In this document: piece by piece, positions 46,153-55,262 of the stretch | Numbering within the stretch: the stretch's first letter is position 1 | How the letters are laid out: the number at the start of each line of letters is the position of its first letter | The notes under the pieces: model-generated | Told to the model about the DNA's origin: nothing | Database searches by the model: none | Seen by the model: the letters and a program-made list of their open reading frames with translations, nothing else | Position numbers and translations under genes: made by a program | From: Zestosphaera sp. | GTDB taxonomy: Archaea > Thermoproteota > Thermoprotei_A > Sulfolobales > NBVN01 | DNA: 64,000 bases | Assembly (NCBI GenBank): GCA_038727705.1 | Contig: JAVYVJ010000003.1 | Location: 9,571 to 73,570 of the forward strand | Direction of reading: 5' to 3'

Positions 46153-46396
46153 CGCCTAACTCTGTATAGCGACCAACAGTAAAAAACCTTATTAAGTGGC
46201 AACGCCCCCATATATAGAGGTGATGCGTGTGGGAGGCAGGCAGAAGACAACCCTCTTCATGATAAGTGAGAGCAGGGAATCTCAGAAGACTAAAGCCACG
46301 GAGACTACTGAAAAGACTAAGGGCAAGAAGTAACTCTAGTCTATAAAGCAACCTCTTCTTAACCCGCAGGACAAAGCCTAATCAGTTATCCATGCC

Positions 46397-46402
46397 TTAT
46401 AA
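46397..46402 (+). promoter_or_regulatory. TATA box (ttataa) of the RNase P RNA gene
   Basis: Centred about 25 nt upstream of the predicted 5' end at 46425. Confidence 0.5.
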
Positions 46403-46424
46403 GTTACGTACTTAATTAGCTATA

Positions 46425-46751
46425 GGGGCGGAGCCGGTTGGCGGCTACGGGGATCGCCCCTGAGGAAGCACCGCCCTCCGCGCGGTGCGGGGACTCCGCA
46501 AGGAGTGCGGGGAGACCCGTAGCTCCGGCACAGAAACGACACGGCCACCCTCGGATGTCTGTGAGGCGGTGAGGACGTCTCGGCAACGAGGCGTCAGTAA
46601 CCCGCTGAGTATGAGGGCGGATGCGTTGAAACGGCCGACTCCCCGGGAGCAAGGCCAAGCAGCGCCGATGAGGGCCGCGTGAGGCGCGGGTAGGCCGTTA
46701 AGCTCAATGCCGCCGTACTACTGAAGGCGGGCTATAACCGGCACCGCCCCC
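46425..46751 (+). ncRNA. rnpB: RNase P RNA (archaeal type A-like, about 327 nt)
   Basis: P1 pairing of the 5' GGGGCGGAGCCGG with the 3' CCGGCACCGCCCC. CR-I-like CUGAGGAAGCACC, ACAGAAAC, AGUAAC and CR-V-like ACUGAAGGCGGGCUAUAAC. High GC, and the ORFs on both strands have implausible composition. Confidence 0.85.
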
Positions 46752-46796
46752 AACCCAGCTTAAATTATCGCTAATGCTCTGTATATTGGTGAGTAC

Positions 46797-48320
46797 ATGT
46801 TCCGGACACCCTTCTACTCCTTAAAGGGCGTCGTTGCCAGTGAGTCCCCGCTGGCTTCTGCCATCGGCGTTAGGGTGCTTGAGTCAGGAGGTAATGCTGT
46901 CGACGCCTCTGTCGCCACGTCGCTCGCGTTGAGCGTCACCCTGCCCCACCTGGGAGGGTTGGGGGGTGATTTCTTCGCTCTTGTAAAGGATCTAAACGGT
47001 AACGTAGTCTTCGTTAACGGTTCAGGATACGCACCCTCTAGAATGAGCATAGAACACCCCAAGACACTTGGGCTCAGCGAAGTTCCTGTGGAGGGCCCGC
47101 TTTCAGCGGTCGTGCCGGGAATGATCGACGGCCTTAGAGTTATGTGGAGTAAGTTCGGGACCCTTGAGTGGAGTAAACTCGTTGACCTGGTAATAAGGTC
47201 TGTTAAAGAGGGTTTCCCGATCACACCGAGCCTCGCAACAGCCCTCAACAACTTGAAGGTCTCTCTACTTAGAGACGAAGGTTCTAGGAGGACTTACTTC
47301 GCGGCTACGCAGTTCTACATGTCTGGAGATCTCGTTAGGTTCGACGGCATGGTGAGGACGTTGGAGGCCATCCGTGAGAACCCGAGGAACTTCTATGACG
47401 GAGACGTAGCTCTTAAGATATCAGAGTATGTTAGATCTCTGGGCGGCCTCATTAGCTACGAGGATATGCATTCCTTCAAGGCGGAGTTGGGAGAGCCTAT
47501 CAGGTTGCAGTTCGACGGCATGACCATCTATGAAATGCCTCCCAACACGCAGGGAGTCACAACGTTACATCTCTTGAAGCTCCTCCGAAATGCTGACACA
47601 GGGTCCTCAACCTCAATAAGGAGGCTCACAGCCTACTTGCGTGCTTTCGAGACCGCCTACAGGATCAGAGACACCTACGTTGGAGACCCGCGTTGTATGA
47701 GCGTCAGCGTTGACCATCTACTCAGTGACGAGTTTCTGAATAATGCCGTTGGAGGGAAGTCCTTAAAGCCTAGAGGGGAGGGCGACACCACGTACTTCAC
47801 AGTAGTAGATAAGGAGGGCTTAGTAGTGTCAGGTATTCAGTCGCTATTCTACCCATTTGGTTCAAAGGTCACTGAACCAACCTACGGCATTACGCTCAAC
47901 TGCAGAGCTTCCTCATTCAACCTAATGCCCGGTCACCCGAACTCGCTTGCACCCCTTAAGAAGCCTCTACACACCCTCTCAGCAATGATAATCGTGACAG
48001 AGAAGAAGGAGATGACGTTAGGGCTTTCCGGAGGTCACTTTAGGCCACAACTCCATGCGGAGATATTCGAGAATATATTTGGGCACAAAATGAGCCCACA
48101 AGAAGCTATAGAACATCCCAGGTTCATCTGGCATCCCGGGACTCAAATCATTGAGTTGGAGGAGGGGTTTGAGGAAGGCGAGGTAGGTGGGTACAGTTTG
48201 AGAAAGACTAAATACCCGTCCAGACTCGGCGTCGCCGCCGCCGCTGAGGTGTTTGGGAGTAGGGTTAAGGCAGGTTACGTTGATATCAGAGGGGACGGAC
48301 TCGCGTTAGGTCCTGTCTAA
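46797..48320 (+). CDS. ggt: Gamma-glutamyltransferase (Ntn-hydrolase)
   Basis: 507 aa. GDTTYFTVVD autoprocessing Thr motif and the GGxGG region LGGLGGDFF. Confidence 0.85.
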   Translation: MFRTPFYSLKGVVASESPLASAIGVRVLESGGNAVDASVATSLALSVTLPHLGGLGGDFFALVKDLNGNVVFVNGSGYAPSRMSIEHPKTLGLSEVPVEGPLSAVVPGMIDGLRVMWSKFGTLEWSKLVDLVIRSVKEGFPITPSLATALNNLKVSLLRDEGSRRTYFAATQFYMSGDLVRFDGMVRTLEAIRENPRNFYDGDVALKISEYVRSLGGLISYEDMHSFKAELGEPIRLQFDGMTIYEMPPNTQGVTTLHLLKLLRNADTGSSTSIRRLTAYLRAFETAYRIRDTYVGDPRCMSVSVDHLLSDEFLNNAVGGKSLKPRGEGDTTYFTVVDKEGLVVSGIQSLFYPFGSKVTEPTYGITLNCRASSFNLMPGHPNSLAPLKKPLHTLSAMIIVTEKKEMTLGLSGGHFRPQLHAEIFENIFGHKMSPQEAIEHPRFIWHPGTQIIELEEGFEEGEVGGYSLRKTKYPSRLGVAAAAEVFGSRVKAGYVDIRGDGLALGPV

Positions 48321-48325
48321 GGTCC

Positions 48326-49351
48326 TTACTGCAGGTTCCCGTGAATCACTCTCAAGACGTTTTCGTAGGCTATCTTCCTCAAATCCGTTTCGCTGAATCC
48401 CCTGTCCCTCAGCAGATTCAGTAAGTCCTGCACTTTGTCCACAGTCTCAAGACCTACAGGCCCCGGCTGCCCTAAGAGTCCGTGGAAGTCAGTCCCTATA
48501 GCCAGTATGTCGGGTCCGAATGTCTCACGGACATGGATGAAGTGCTTAACCAGGTCCTCTGTAGTGGGTCTTTCTTTACGTGATATGAATGATGGAACGA
48601 AAGTCAGACCGATGACGCCTCCGTTTCTGCGCAACGCCTCAAGAACTTCATCCTCTACGTTCCTCCTGTGATTATGCACTGCCTTGGCGTTAGCGTGACT
48701 TATTAAGACCGGCTTCCTGGACGCCTCAAGAACTTCGAGGGCTGTTCTCTTGCTTGCATGGGCTACATCCAACATGATACCCAGCTTGTTCGCCATCTTG
48801 ACTAATTCTTCACCGTCGGGCGTCAGCCCATAATCCTTCTGCGAGGTGCACGACGACGCCCACTTATTGTTGTAGTTCCACGTCAGCCCTAAGGACCTCA
48901 GTCCCAGCTTCCTGAGCAATATGAGGTCGTACGGGTCGTCCACAGAGTCAGCCCCCTCGACATGGATGAGGAAGCCGAATCTATACTCCCTTGAGAGAGT
49001 GATATTATCAACGTCCTTAGCAGACTCAACCAGCGCTATCCCGTAAGCCTCGGCCAGGGCATAGTAGATCTTGAAGTGTTCGAAAAGCTGTATCTGTGGA
49101 TACCTCATTATCGTTTTAGGTAGCCACCTTCCGCTCCCTACCTCTTCACGAAGCCTTACGTCGAAGGTGTGGGTTCCAGGGAACGCGGAGGCGAACACCA
49201 CTCTAACATTACCACGGACGTACTTTGGGATATCCGCATCCCTACCACTAACATCGACACCGAAGTCGGCGAGCACCTGGCCGCTCCCGAACGTCAGGAA
49301 GTAGGTAGATACATCTTCATGAAGATCTATAACCGGGTACGTCATTTTCAT
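48326..49351 (-). CDS. Membrane-dipeptidase family (M19) metallopeptidase
   Basis: 341 aa. IDLHEDV, HVEGAD, DVAHAS, ISHANA and GTDFHG metal-ligand pattern. Confidence 0.8.
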   Translation of the reverse strand: MKMTYPVIDLHEDVSTYFLTFGSGQVLADFGVDVSGRDADIPKYVRGNVRVVFASAFPGTHTFDVRLREEVGSGRWLPKTIMRYPQIQLFEHFKIYYALAEAYGIALVESAKDVDNITLSREYRFGFLIHVEGADSVDDPYDLILLRKLGLRSLGLTWNYNNKWASSCTSQKDYGLTPDGEELVKMANKLGIMLDVAHASKRTALEVLEASRKPVLISHANAKAVHNHRRNVEDEVLEALRRNGGVIGLTFVPSFISRKERPTTEDLVKHFIHVRETFGPDILAIGTDFHGLLGQPGPVGLETVDKVQDLLNLLRDRGFSETDLRKIAYENVLRVIHGNLQ

Positions 49352-49418
49352 GACCCCCTAATGTATCTCCATAGTCAATATAAAGTCTCCTCAGCCCTTC
49401 AACCCTCCTCCTTATTAG

Positions 49419-50414
49419 TTGCTTTACGGCGTCTTTATTGGGTTCACTAGCTTGAGGTCGGAGTATTTCGTAACCGACGCGGTGGGGCACACACCTGTAG
49501 TCAGGCTAAAGAACGTTGTTCCAGGAGGTTTGAAGGCTGAGGTGTGGGTTAAGCTCGAATTCATGAATCTGACAGGCAGTATTAAAGACAGGATGGCGCT
49601 CTACATGATTAGGAGGGCTGAGGCACAGGGCAGACTAAGTAAGGGCAAGACCATATTGGTCGCTACGACAGGTAACACGGGGATAGCTTTCGCCGCGCTA
49701 GGTGCTGCACTAGGATATAGAGTGACTGTAGTGATGCCGGAGGGAGTTAGCGAGGAAAGGTTTAAACTGATTAAGCACTACGGAGCGGACATAATTAGGG
49801 TGCCGGGCGGTGGGTTCGACGCATTTAAGGTGCTTAGCTACGCCAAGGAGCTTGAGGAACTGCATCCGGACAAGTACGTATTTCTGAATCAGTGGGACGA
49901 TGAGGCGAACGTTGAGGCACACTACGAGACCACTGGCAGGGAGATAGTTGAACAGCTAGGCGCTGTCGACGCATTCGTGGCCCACGTAGGCACTGGAGGA
50001 ACGTTAGTCGGCATCGCTAAGCGGCTTAAAGAAGTGAATCCGAAAACGCTAGTGGTTGGGGCTGAGCCGTCAGAATGTCCTGTAGTCCATCACTGGTTCT
50101 ATACAGGTGTGGAGGGCCCGGCAGGCAGACATGAGATAGAGGGGGTTGGAGACGGTTTCGTGCCTGACATAATAAGGAGGTATAAGCACCTGATAGATCA
50201 TTTTGAGGTAGTGTCCACCGACGATGCCATAGAGATGTCTAGGAGGCTTGCGAGATGTGAGGGCCTTGCAGTAGGGATTTCCTCAGGGGCTAACGTTGCT
50301 GCTGCACTGAAGATCGCTTTCAAGTTTAACCTGGGTGAGGGGAAGAAGATAGTTACTATACTCCCGGACTACGCTGCAAGATACTTTAGCACCAGACTCT
50401 TCACGGAACGCTAG
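49419..50414 (+). CDS. PLP-dependent cysteine synthase / cystathionine beta-synthase family protein
   Basis: 331 aa. GSIKDR (PLP Lys), TGNTG, GTGGT and SSGAN motifs. Confidence 0.85.
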   Translation: MLYGVFIGFTSLRSEYFVTDAVGHTPVVRLKNVVPGGLKAEVWVKLEFMNLTGSIKDRMALYMIRRAEAQGRLSKGKTILVATTGNTGIAFAALGAALGYRVTVVMPEGVSEERFKLIKHYGADIIRVPGGGFDAFKVLSYAKELEELHPDKYVFLNQWDDEANVEAHYETTGREIVEQLGAVDAFVAHVGTGGTLVGIAKRLKEVNPKTLVVGAEPSECPVVHHWFYTGVEGPAGRHEIEGVGDGFVPDIIRRYKHLIDHFEVVSTDDAIEMSRRLARCEGLAVGISSGANVAAALKIAFKFNLGEGKKIVTILPDYAARYFSTRLFTER

Positions 50415-50436
50415 GTCCGGCTACCACGTGCGGCGT

Positions 50437-50670
50437 TCACCCTCCATGGAACAGCCTATATATTTGTAATTCATCATAATTGCACACGTCCTCATCGATT
50501 TTGACGAGCTTCTTGCCACTACCCACGGCTATGAGTTCCAAGTTCACCTCCATACCAACTGTCTTGAGCGCCTTCTCAATCGCCTCCCCCACCGACGTGC
50601 AACCCTCTAGCTCCAGGCATATCCTCACGTCCTTAGGCAACCACGCCGTCCTGACGCACACCCTATGCAT
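50437..50670 (-). CDS. MoaD/ThiS-type ubiquitin-fold sulfur-carrier-like protein ending in GG
   Basis: 77 aa, C-terminus ...YRLFHGG-stop. Overlaps the 3' end of AOR paralog 2 by 8 nt. Confidence 0.6.
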   Translation of the reverse strand: MHRVCVRTAWLPKDVRICLELEGCTSVGEAIEKALKTVGMEVNLELIAVGSGKKLVKIDEDVCNYDELQIYRLFHGG

Positions 50671-52528
50671 TAATCCCTAACCTCGCTTTGACTCTGCCTA
50701 TCTCCCTAGCAAGCTCCACCAGGCCTAACCTCTCCAGGGTCTCCTCCTTAGGGATCCCCAGCTCATCCCACCCCAGCTCGCTGTAGTACCTCCCTAACTC
50801 AATCCTTACGTCCTCCCTTCTAGGAGCTCCACCGGCCTTAGGGCCTCCGGGCAACGGTTCGTAGAACCTCTCAGGGTTGTCGTCATGCACTCTCGGATCC
50901 CAGAATACGTCAGGTCCTCCAAGCAAGAGGAGGACCCTCTGAAGGGTTAATATCCTTACACCACTCGCATAGAGGTCATCCTCGGTTAAACCCCATCCAG
51001 TCACCACGTTCATATAAGTAACCAACTTCTCAACCTCCATAGTATTGAAGATACAGACTACCGCACTGTCTAGGAAAGCGCTGAAAGCCTCCGACTCCGT
51101 TGACTTAACCGGCGTGCCCGCCGTTGATGTGTGATCGCCTCCCTGCACAGATCCAGCGTAGGCTATCTTCTGCGGGTAGTCCAGACCGCTTCTCACCCCA
51201 TGAGCTCCCACCGCAATCCCCTTGACTTGGACGGCATACTTAAGCAGATCCACGCCCTTAGATGTACTGAGCTTCAACGCCGCTCTATACGTGCCCTCCG
51301 CCATGAGTCCTCCAAGCCCCCTTCTGTATGCTATGTCCTCCATGAACTTCCTTACACACTCAACATTACCCCACCTCAGCTCACAGCCTACGTCGACCCT
51401 CGATAGATATCCCCTCTCGAAGAGCTCTATAGCGAATCCGAGCACGTTTCCTGTCTGTATCCCGCACAGCCCTAGCTCGTCGGCCAACGCGGAGAGCTTG
51501 ACAACCGAAGGCATGTCGAAGACCCCTAAGTTACTTCCCAGGTATGCACCCATCTCGTAGTCAGGACCGTCCGTCACGTACGTGGTACCGTTGTCAAGGA
51601 CTTTACTTACCTTCATGCATGAGGTCGGGCATCCCCAATCACTCCAGAGATTCCTCACCCAGCACTTCCTCTCAAGGACTTCATGTGTGAAGGCCCTGAT
51701 GTTATGCCATTCCTCCATCCAGTTCTTTATAGGTTCAGAGCTCGTTCTGTAGCCCGTAGTCCAGAGCCCCTGCGTCGTCCCCCAATACCTGAAGGTTCTC
51801 ATCCTGTCACACAGCTCACCAAGGGCCTCCCTCCATGCTCTAGCGAACCCTTCACTATCGTGGACAGGCGGCATAGGACCTGACCCCTTAGCCACCACAG
51901 CCTTAACTTTCTTGGAACCCATCAGCGCACCGTAGCCCCCATAACCGGCGGCGTGCGTGAGTTTACTCATGACGACTGAGGTCCTCACCAAGTTCTCTCC
52001 TGCAGGCCCTATGTAGATGTAGCTTGGCACTACGTCAAGCCCCCTACCGGCATTTAAGTCGCTCTCCAGAAGGTGGTTTAGAGCAGCAATTAACTTAAGC
52101 CCTCCTAAACCCCAGAGGGGTGAGGCATCCCTGATTTGAGCTCCGTGACTATCCACATAGATGTAGACAGGGGTCTCTGAGGCACCCCTTATAATCAGCC
52201 CGTCATACCCTGCAGTCTTAATATCCACAGCCAGCTCACTGGAGACCGTGGAGCCTACGACGCCGTTACTCTGCGGGGACTTGCCTGAGACAACAAGCTT
52301 AGCGCCGGGGTAGTAGCCTGTTAGGGGGCCTGTGAGCACGAGAAGTAAGTTCTCAGGTCCGAGAGGGTCTACAGACTCCCACCTATCCCCCAGCTCATCC
52401 CACAGAAGCCACGCCGCAAGACCTCTGCCACCGACAAATTTCCTGAAAACTTCCTCAGGCACGTCCAGTATTCTCGAAGTGTTGGTGTCTAAATCTACGT
52501 CTAAGATCCTACCCCATACCCCAAACAC
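50663..52528 (-). CDS. Tungsten-type aldehyde:ferredoxin oxidoreductase family protein (AOR paralog 2)
   Basis: 621 aa. MFGVWGRILDVDL...GGRGLAAWLL N-terminus, DYEMGAYLG, LGLCGIQTG. Confidence 0.9.
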   Translation of the reverse strand: MFGVWGRILDVDLDTNTSRILDVPEEVFRKFVGGRGLAAWLLWDELGDRWESVDPLGPENLLLVLTGPLTGYYPGAKLVVSGKSPQSNGVVGSTVSSELAVDIKTAGYDGLIIRGASETPVYIYVDSHGAQIRDASPLWGLGGLKLIAALNHLLESDLNAGRGLDVVPSYIYIGPAGENLVRTSVVMSKLTHAAGYGGYGALMGSKKVKAVVAKGSGPMPPVHDSEGFARAWREALGELCDRMRTFRYWGTTQGLWTTGYRTSSEPIKNWMEEWHNIRAFTHEVLERKCWVRNLWSDWGCPTSCMKVSKVLDNGTTYVTDGPDYEMGAYLGSNLGVFDMPSVVKLSALADELGLCGIQTGNVLGFAIELFERGYLSRVDVGCELRWGNVECVRKFMEDIAYRRGLGGLMAEGTYRAALKLSTSKGVDLLKYAVQVKGIAVGAHGVRSGLDYPQKIAYAGSVQGGDHTSTAGTPVKSTESEAFSAFLDSAVVCIFNTMEVEKLVTYMNVVTGWGLTEDDLYASGVRILTLQRVLLLLGGPDVFWDPRVHDDNPERFYEPLPGGPKAGGAPRREDVRIELGRYYSELGWDELGIPKEETLERLGLVELAREIGRVKARLGINA

Positions 52529-52533
52529 TCACA

Positions 52534-53034
52534 TCACCTCAAGGCAACACCCAGCTTCCTAGCCACCTCCTCGGAGGCTCTTAATGGATTGTTGAGGTAA
52601 TTCTTGACTACCTCACCCTCAGGCTTACGCACAACCCTCAACGCGTTGAATCCCATCAGTTCACATACTTCAACACATGCTGGGCTTCCACCGCATAGAT
52701 CACATATCACGACAGCCTTCAAGCCCTCGACGATCCTAGGCACTCTCCCAGGGCATGCCTCGATGCAAGACCCGCACAGAACGCAGCGCTCCTCATCAAC
52801 CACAACGGCTCCAGTTTCTCCAACGCTTAGTGCGCTAGTCGGGCATGAAGGAATGCATGGATAATCGTCACACTGAACGCATAAGTAGGGTATGGGGAAG
52901 CCGAAAACAGACTCATGTATCCTTATTCTAGAGGCTGAAGGCCATATGATGGCCTCATGCCTCCGAGAACACTCGATCTCACAGATCCTGCACCCGACAC
53001 ATCTCGAGTAGTCTCTAAGAATCCAGATCTTCAT
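52534..53034 (-). CDS. Four-cluster [4Fe-4S] ferredoxin-type electron-transfer subunit of AOR paralog 2
   Basis: 166 aa. Cys clusters CVGCRICEIEC, CVQCDDYPCIPSCP, CVLCGSCIEACP and CDLC...CVEVC. 5-nt gap to the AOR gene. Confidence 0.8.
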   Translation of the reverse strand: MKIWILRDYSRCVGCRICEIECSRRHEAIIWPSASRIRIHESVFGFPIPYLCVQCDDYPCIPSCPTSALSVGETGAVVVDEERCVLCGSCIEACPGRVPRIVEGLKAVVICDLCGGSPACVEVCELMGFNALRVVRKPEGEVVKNYLNNPLRASEEVARKLGVALR

Positions 53035-53083
53035 GCTACATCACCGAAAGCTAATTTCGGGGTTTGGAATTAAAAATCAAGTT

Positions 53084-53743
53084 TTAAGCGCTCTGGGTCT
53101 GCTCCTGCTGAAGCTTCCTTATAACTATCTTCTGGCCTATTAACGCAGTACTAGGTATTAAGACCGTATTACCGTCCTTCCTCTCAGCAACTGTGAAGAG
53201 AGTCCCTATATCAGCTACCTTGACTTCCGACTCACCGGCAGCGTCTATGAGGTCCCCTATCTTGAAAGGTCTCGCGAGCAATAAGAACATACCGGCCACA
53301 GCTTGACCGAGGACTTGCTGCGTCGCGTAACCGATCACTAACCCTATAAAGCCGCCCAGAGCCACCCCGGCAGCCCCTCCGGCAACTCCTCCAGCAATCG
53401 AGGCAAGCAACGCGCCCAAGCCCAAGATCCTCACTAAACTCCTGACGGCCGCGGCAGCCGAGACCCCGTACTTAGGTTTCAGAATGGCGTAGAACATCGA
53501 TGCGGCCGCCGATACGATGAACCAGCCTATCACCAGGGACACAAGTATGTATATGTATGGTTGATAATCCCTTATCACCAATAGACCCTCCAACTTATAG
53601 GCGGAGGCCACATCCGGTATCAAGTAGTTAAAGATCCAGTTCAGCACCCCCATCACAATGACTGCGATAACCACATATATTACTAGCTTCTGCAACGCAG
53701 AAGCTAATTTATCTTCGCCTGAGGACATAAATACACTCCCCAT
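53084..53743 (-). CDS. Small MscS-like mechanosensitive channel family protein
   Basis: 219 aa. Three to four TM helices followed by LARPFKIGDLIDAAG...IPSTALIGQKIVI, which resembles the MscS core. Confidence 0.55.
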   Translation of the reverse strand: MGSVFMSSGEDKLASALQKLVIYVVIAVIVMGVLNWIFNYLIPDVASAYKLEGLLVIRDYQPYIYILVSLVIGWFIVSAAASMFYAILKPKYGVSAAAAVRSLVRILGLGALLASIAGGVAGGAAGVALGGFIGLVIGYATQQVLGQAVAGMFLLLARPFKIGDLIDAAGESEVKVADIGTLFTVAERKDGNTVLIPSTALIGQKIVIRKLQQEQTQSA

Positions 53744-53869
53744 ATATTCAGTAAGAAGAGATTAATAAATTCGCACGTTGATTATCATAGCCTGTTAAGT
53801 TTTTATAGCTTAAGCGTGGCATCTTTGTGTCATTGACTTTGAATCTCAACCCCTGATACTTGAGGTGAT

Positions 53870-54664
53870 TTAGCTCACGCGAACTACATCCCCACTATAA
53901 ATTCGGTGTCTCACACCGGTTGTCTCCTCCACCACTAGAGCCCCATCGTCGGCCACATCAACTGCCCTCCCCTCTATAATGCCCTCGCCTGTCACCACCC
54001 TAACCCTACCCCCTAATGTCTCAGCTAGTTGACGCCATTGATCCACTACCTCTCTAGACCTGCCTTCAAGTATCTTCATGTACGCCTCTTCTATATTCTT
54101 AAGGATCTCGATCAGCAACGGTGTTCTGGGCGTTGGATATCCAATAACCTCCCTCACACTGATAGCCCTCCCCCTAAGGTCTTCAGGTATCTCATTGTTC
54201 ACGTTAACCCCCACACCCACCAGAATGAAGACCTCGGCATCACCTCTCCCCTCAACAAGAACTCCCGAGATCTTCCTGCCCTCCACTACCACATCGTTAG
54301 GCCACTTAACCGATGCATTAAGCCCGTAAAGCGTTCTCAGCGACTTAGCTACTGAGAGACCCGTGCTTAGGCTCAGGAGCTGCATCCCACTCAATTTGGA
54401 CGGCTTAAGGACTAGAGTGAACCACAAACCACCTGGGTTAGCCGACCACCTCCTCCCATGCCTACCCCTCCCGAGACTCATGCTCTCAGCTACCACCACC
54501 AAACCTTCACCGAACCCCTGCTTGACTAACGAGGCTGCGAGATCCTGTGTTGAGGTGCACTCCCTCACATAAACGGCCTCGTACCTGACTCTCTTACCTA
54601 CCCCCTTCAAACAACTCCCCACGTCCCGCAGATCGTCAACCAGCATTGCTTCAGACCCAACCAT
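53870..54664 (-). CDS. birA: Biotin--[acetyl-CoA-carboxylase] ligase
   Basis: 264 aa. GRGRHGRRW biotin-binding loop, KWPNDV, C-terminal SH3-like tail. Confidence 0.85.
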   Translation of the reverse strand: MVGSEAMLVDDLRDVGSCLKGVGKRVRYEAVYVRECTSTQDLAASLVKQGFGEGLVVVAESMSLGRGRHGRRWSANPGGLWFTLVLKPSKLSGMQLLSLSTGLSVAKSLRTLYGLNASVKWPNDVVVEGRKISGVLVEGRGDAEVFILVGVGVNVNNEIPEDLRGRAISVREVIGYPTPRTPLLIEILKNIEEAYMKILEGRSREVVDQWRQLAETLGGRVRVVTGEGIIEGRAVDVADDGALVVEETTGVRHRIYSGDVVRVS

Positions 54665-54825
54665 CCTCTATAGGTTAGTTATCATAAAATATCTGCCTCT
54701 CGTTATCACCCTCCCTAGAGTTAGTGAGTCCCCTTTCAAATTAGACATGCAGTCCATCACGATCGAGAAACTCGGTAGGCGTAACCTATGAAGCGATTAC
54801 GTACACCCGAGTTTAGTGCGGCCGG

Positions 54826-55110
54826 TCAGGGCTGCTGTCCGCCACCACTCGGCGGGAAGATAGTTATTAAGTCACCGTCTTCAAGGGGCGTCTTCAGCCC
54901 CCCGGTGAACTCTGCGTGCCTGCCGTTAACTAACAGTATGATTCCTCTTCTGATGCGGTTCTCCTCATCCACTAAGTACTTCTTTACCTCAGGCAGTAGA
55001 TCAAGAACGTCCCCTAGCAACGCTTTCGAGGAGGGGATGAGTAACTCCCTTCTAGACCAGCCGAGCTTCTCCCTTAAGGTGGAGTATACCTCCACAACCA
55101 CTTTAACCAT
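54826..55110 (-). CDS. MoaD/ThiS-type ubiquitin-fold protein with residues after the GG motif
   Basis: 94 aa. ...GDLITIFPPSGGGQQP-stop. The fold pattern is like MoaD, but a 3-4 residue tail follows GG. Confidence 0.6.
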   Translation of the reverse strand: MVKVVVEVYSTLREKLGWSRRELLIPSSKALLGDVLDLLPEVKKYLVDEENRIRRGIILLVNGRHAEFTGGLKTPLEDGDLITIFPPSGGGQQP

Positions 55111-55262
55111 CTACCACACCCGGCCGGATGCCTTGTCTCTGCTCATCTAAAGATTCGAGTCGTATGGTACATTTTAAATTTGCGTGGGTGCGTTATTCGA
55201 AACATGGTAGAACAGTGTAATATTAAATACCTTAAGTTACTACTAACTTTTGGTGTAATACA

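Noticed and set aside
46139-46351. 70-aa minus-strand ORF, and a 37-codon plus-strand basic ORF, between the GT2 gene and RNase P RNA
   Set aside because: The first spans the GT2 promoter region. Neither has a supporting motif, and I consider both chance ORFs.
46416-46682. ORFs 46416..46658 (-) and 46485..46682 (+)
   Set aside because: They lie entirely within the RNase P RNA. Arg/Gly/Pro/Ala-rich translations on both strands are typical of a GC-rich structured RNA.
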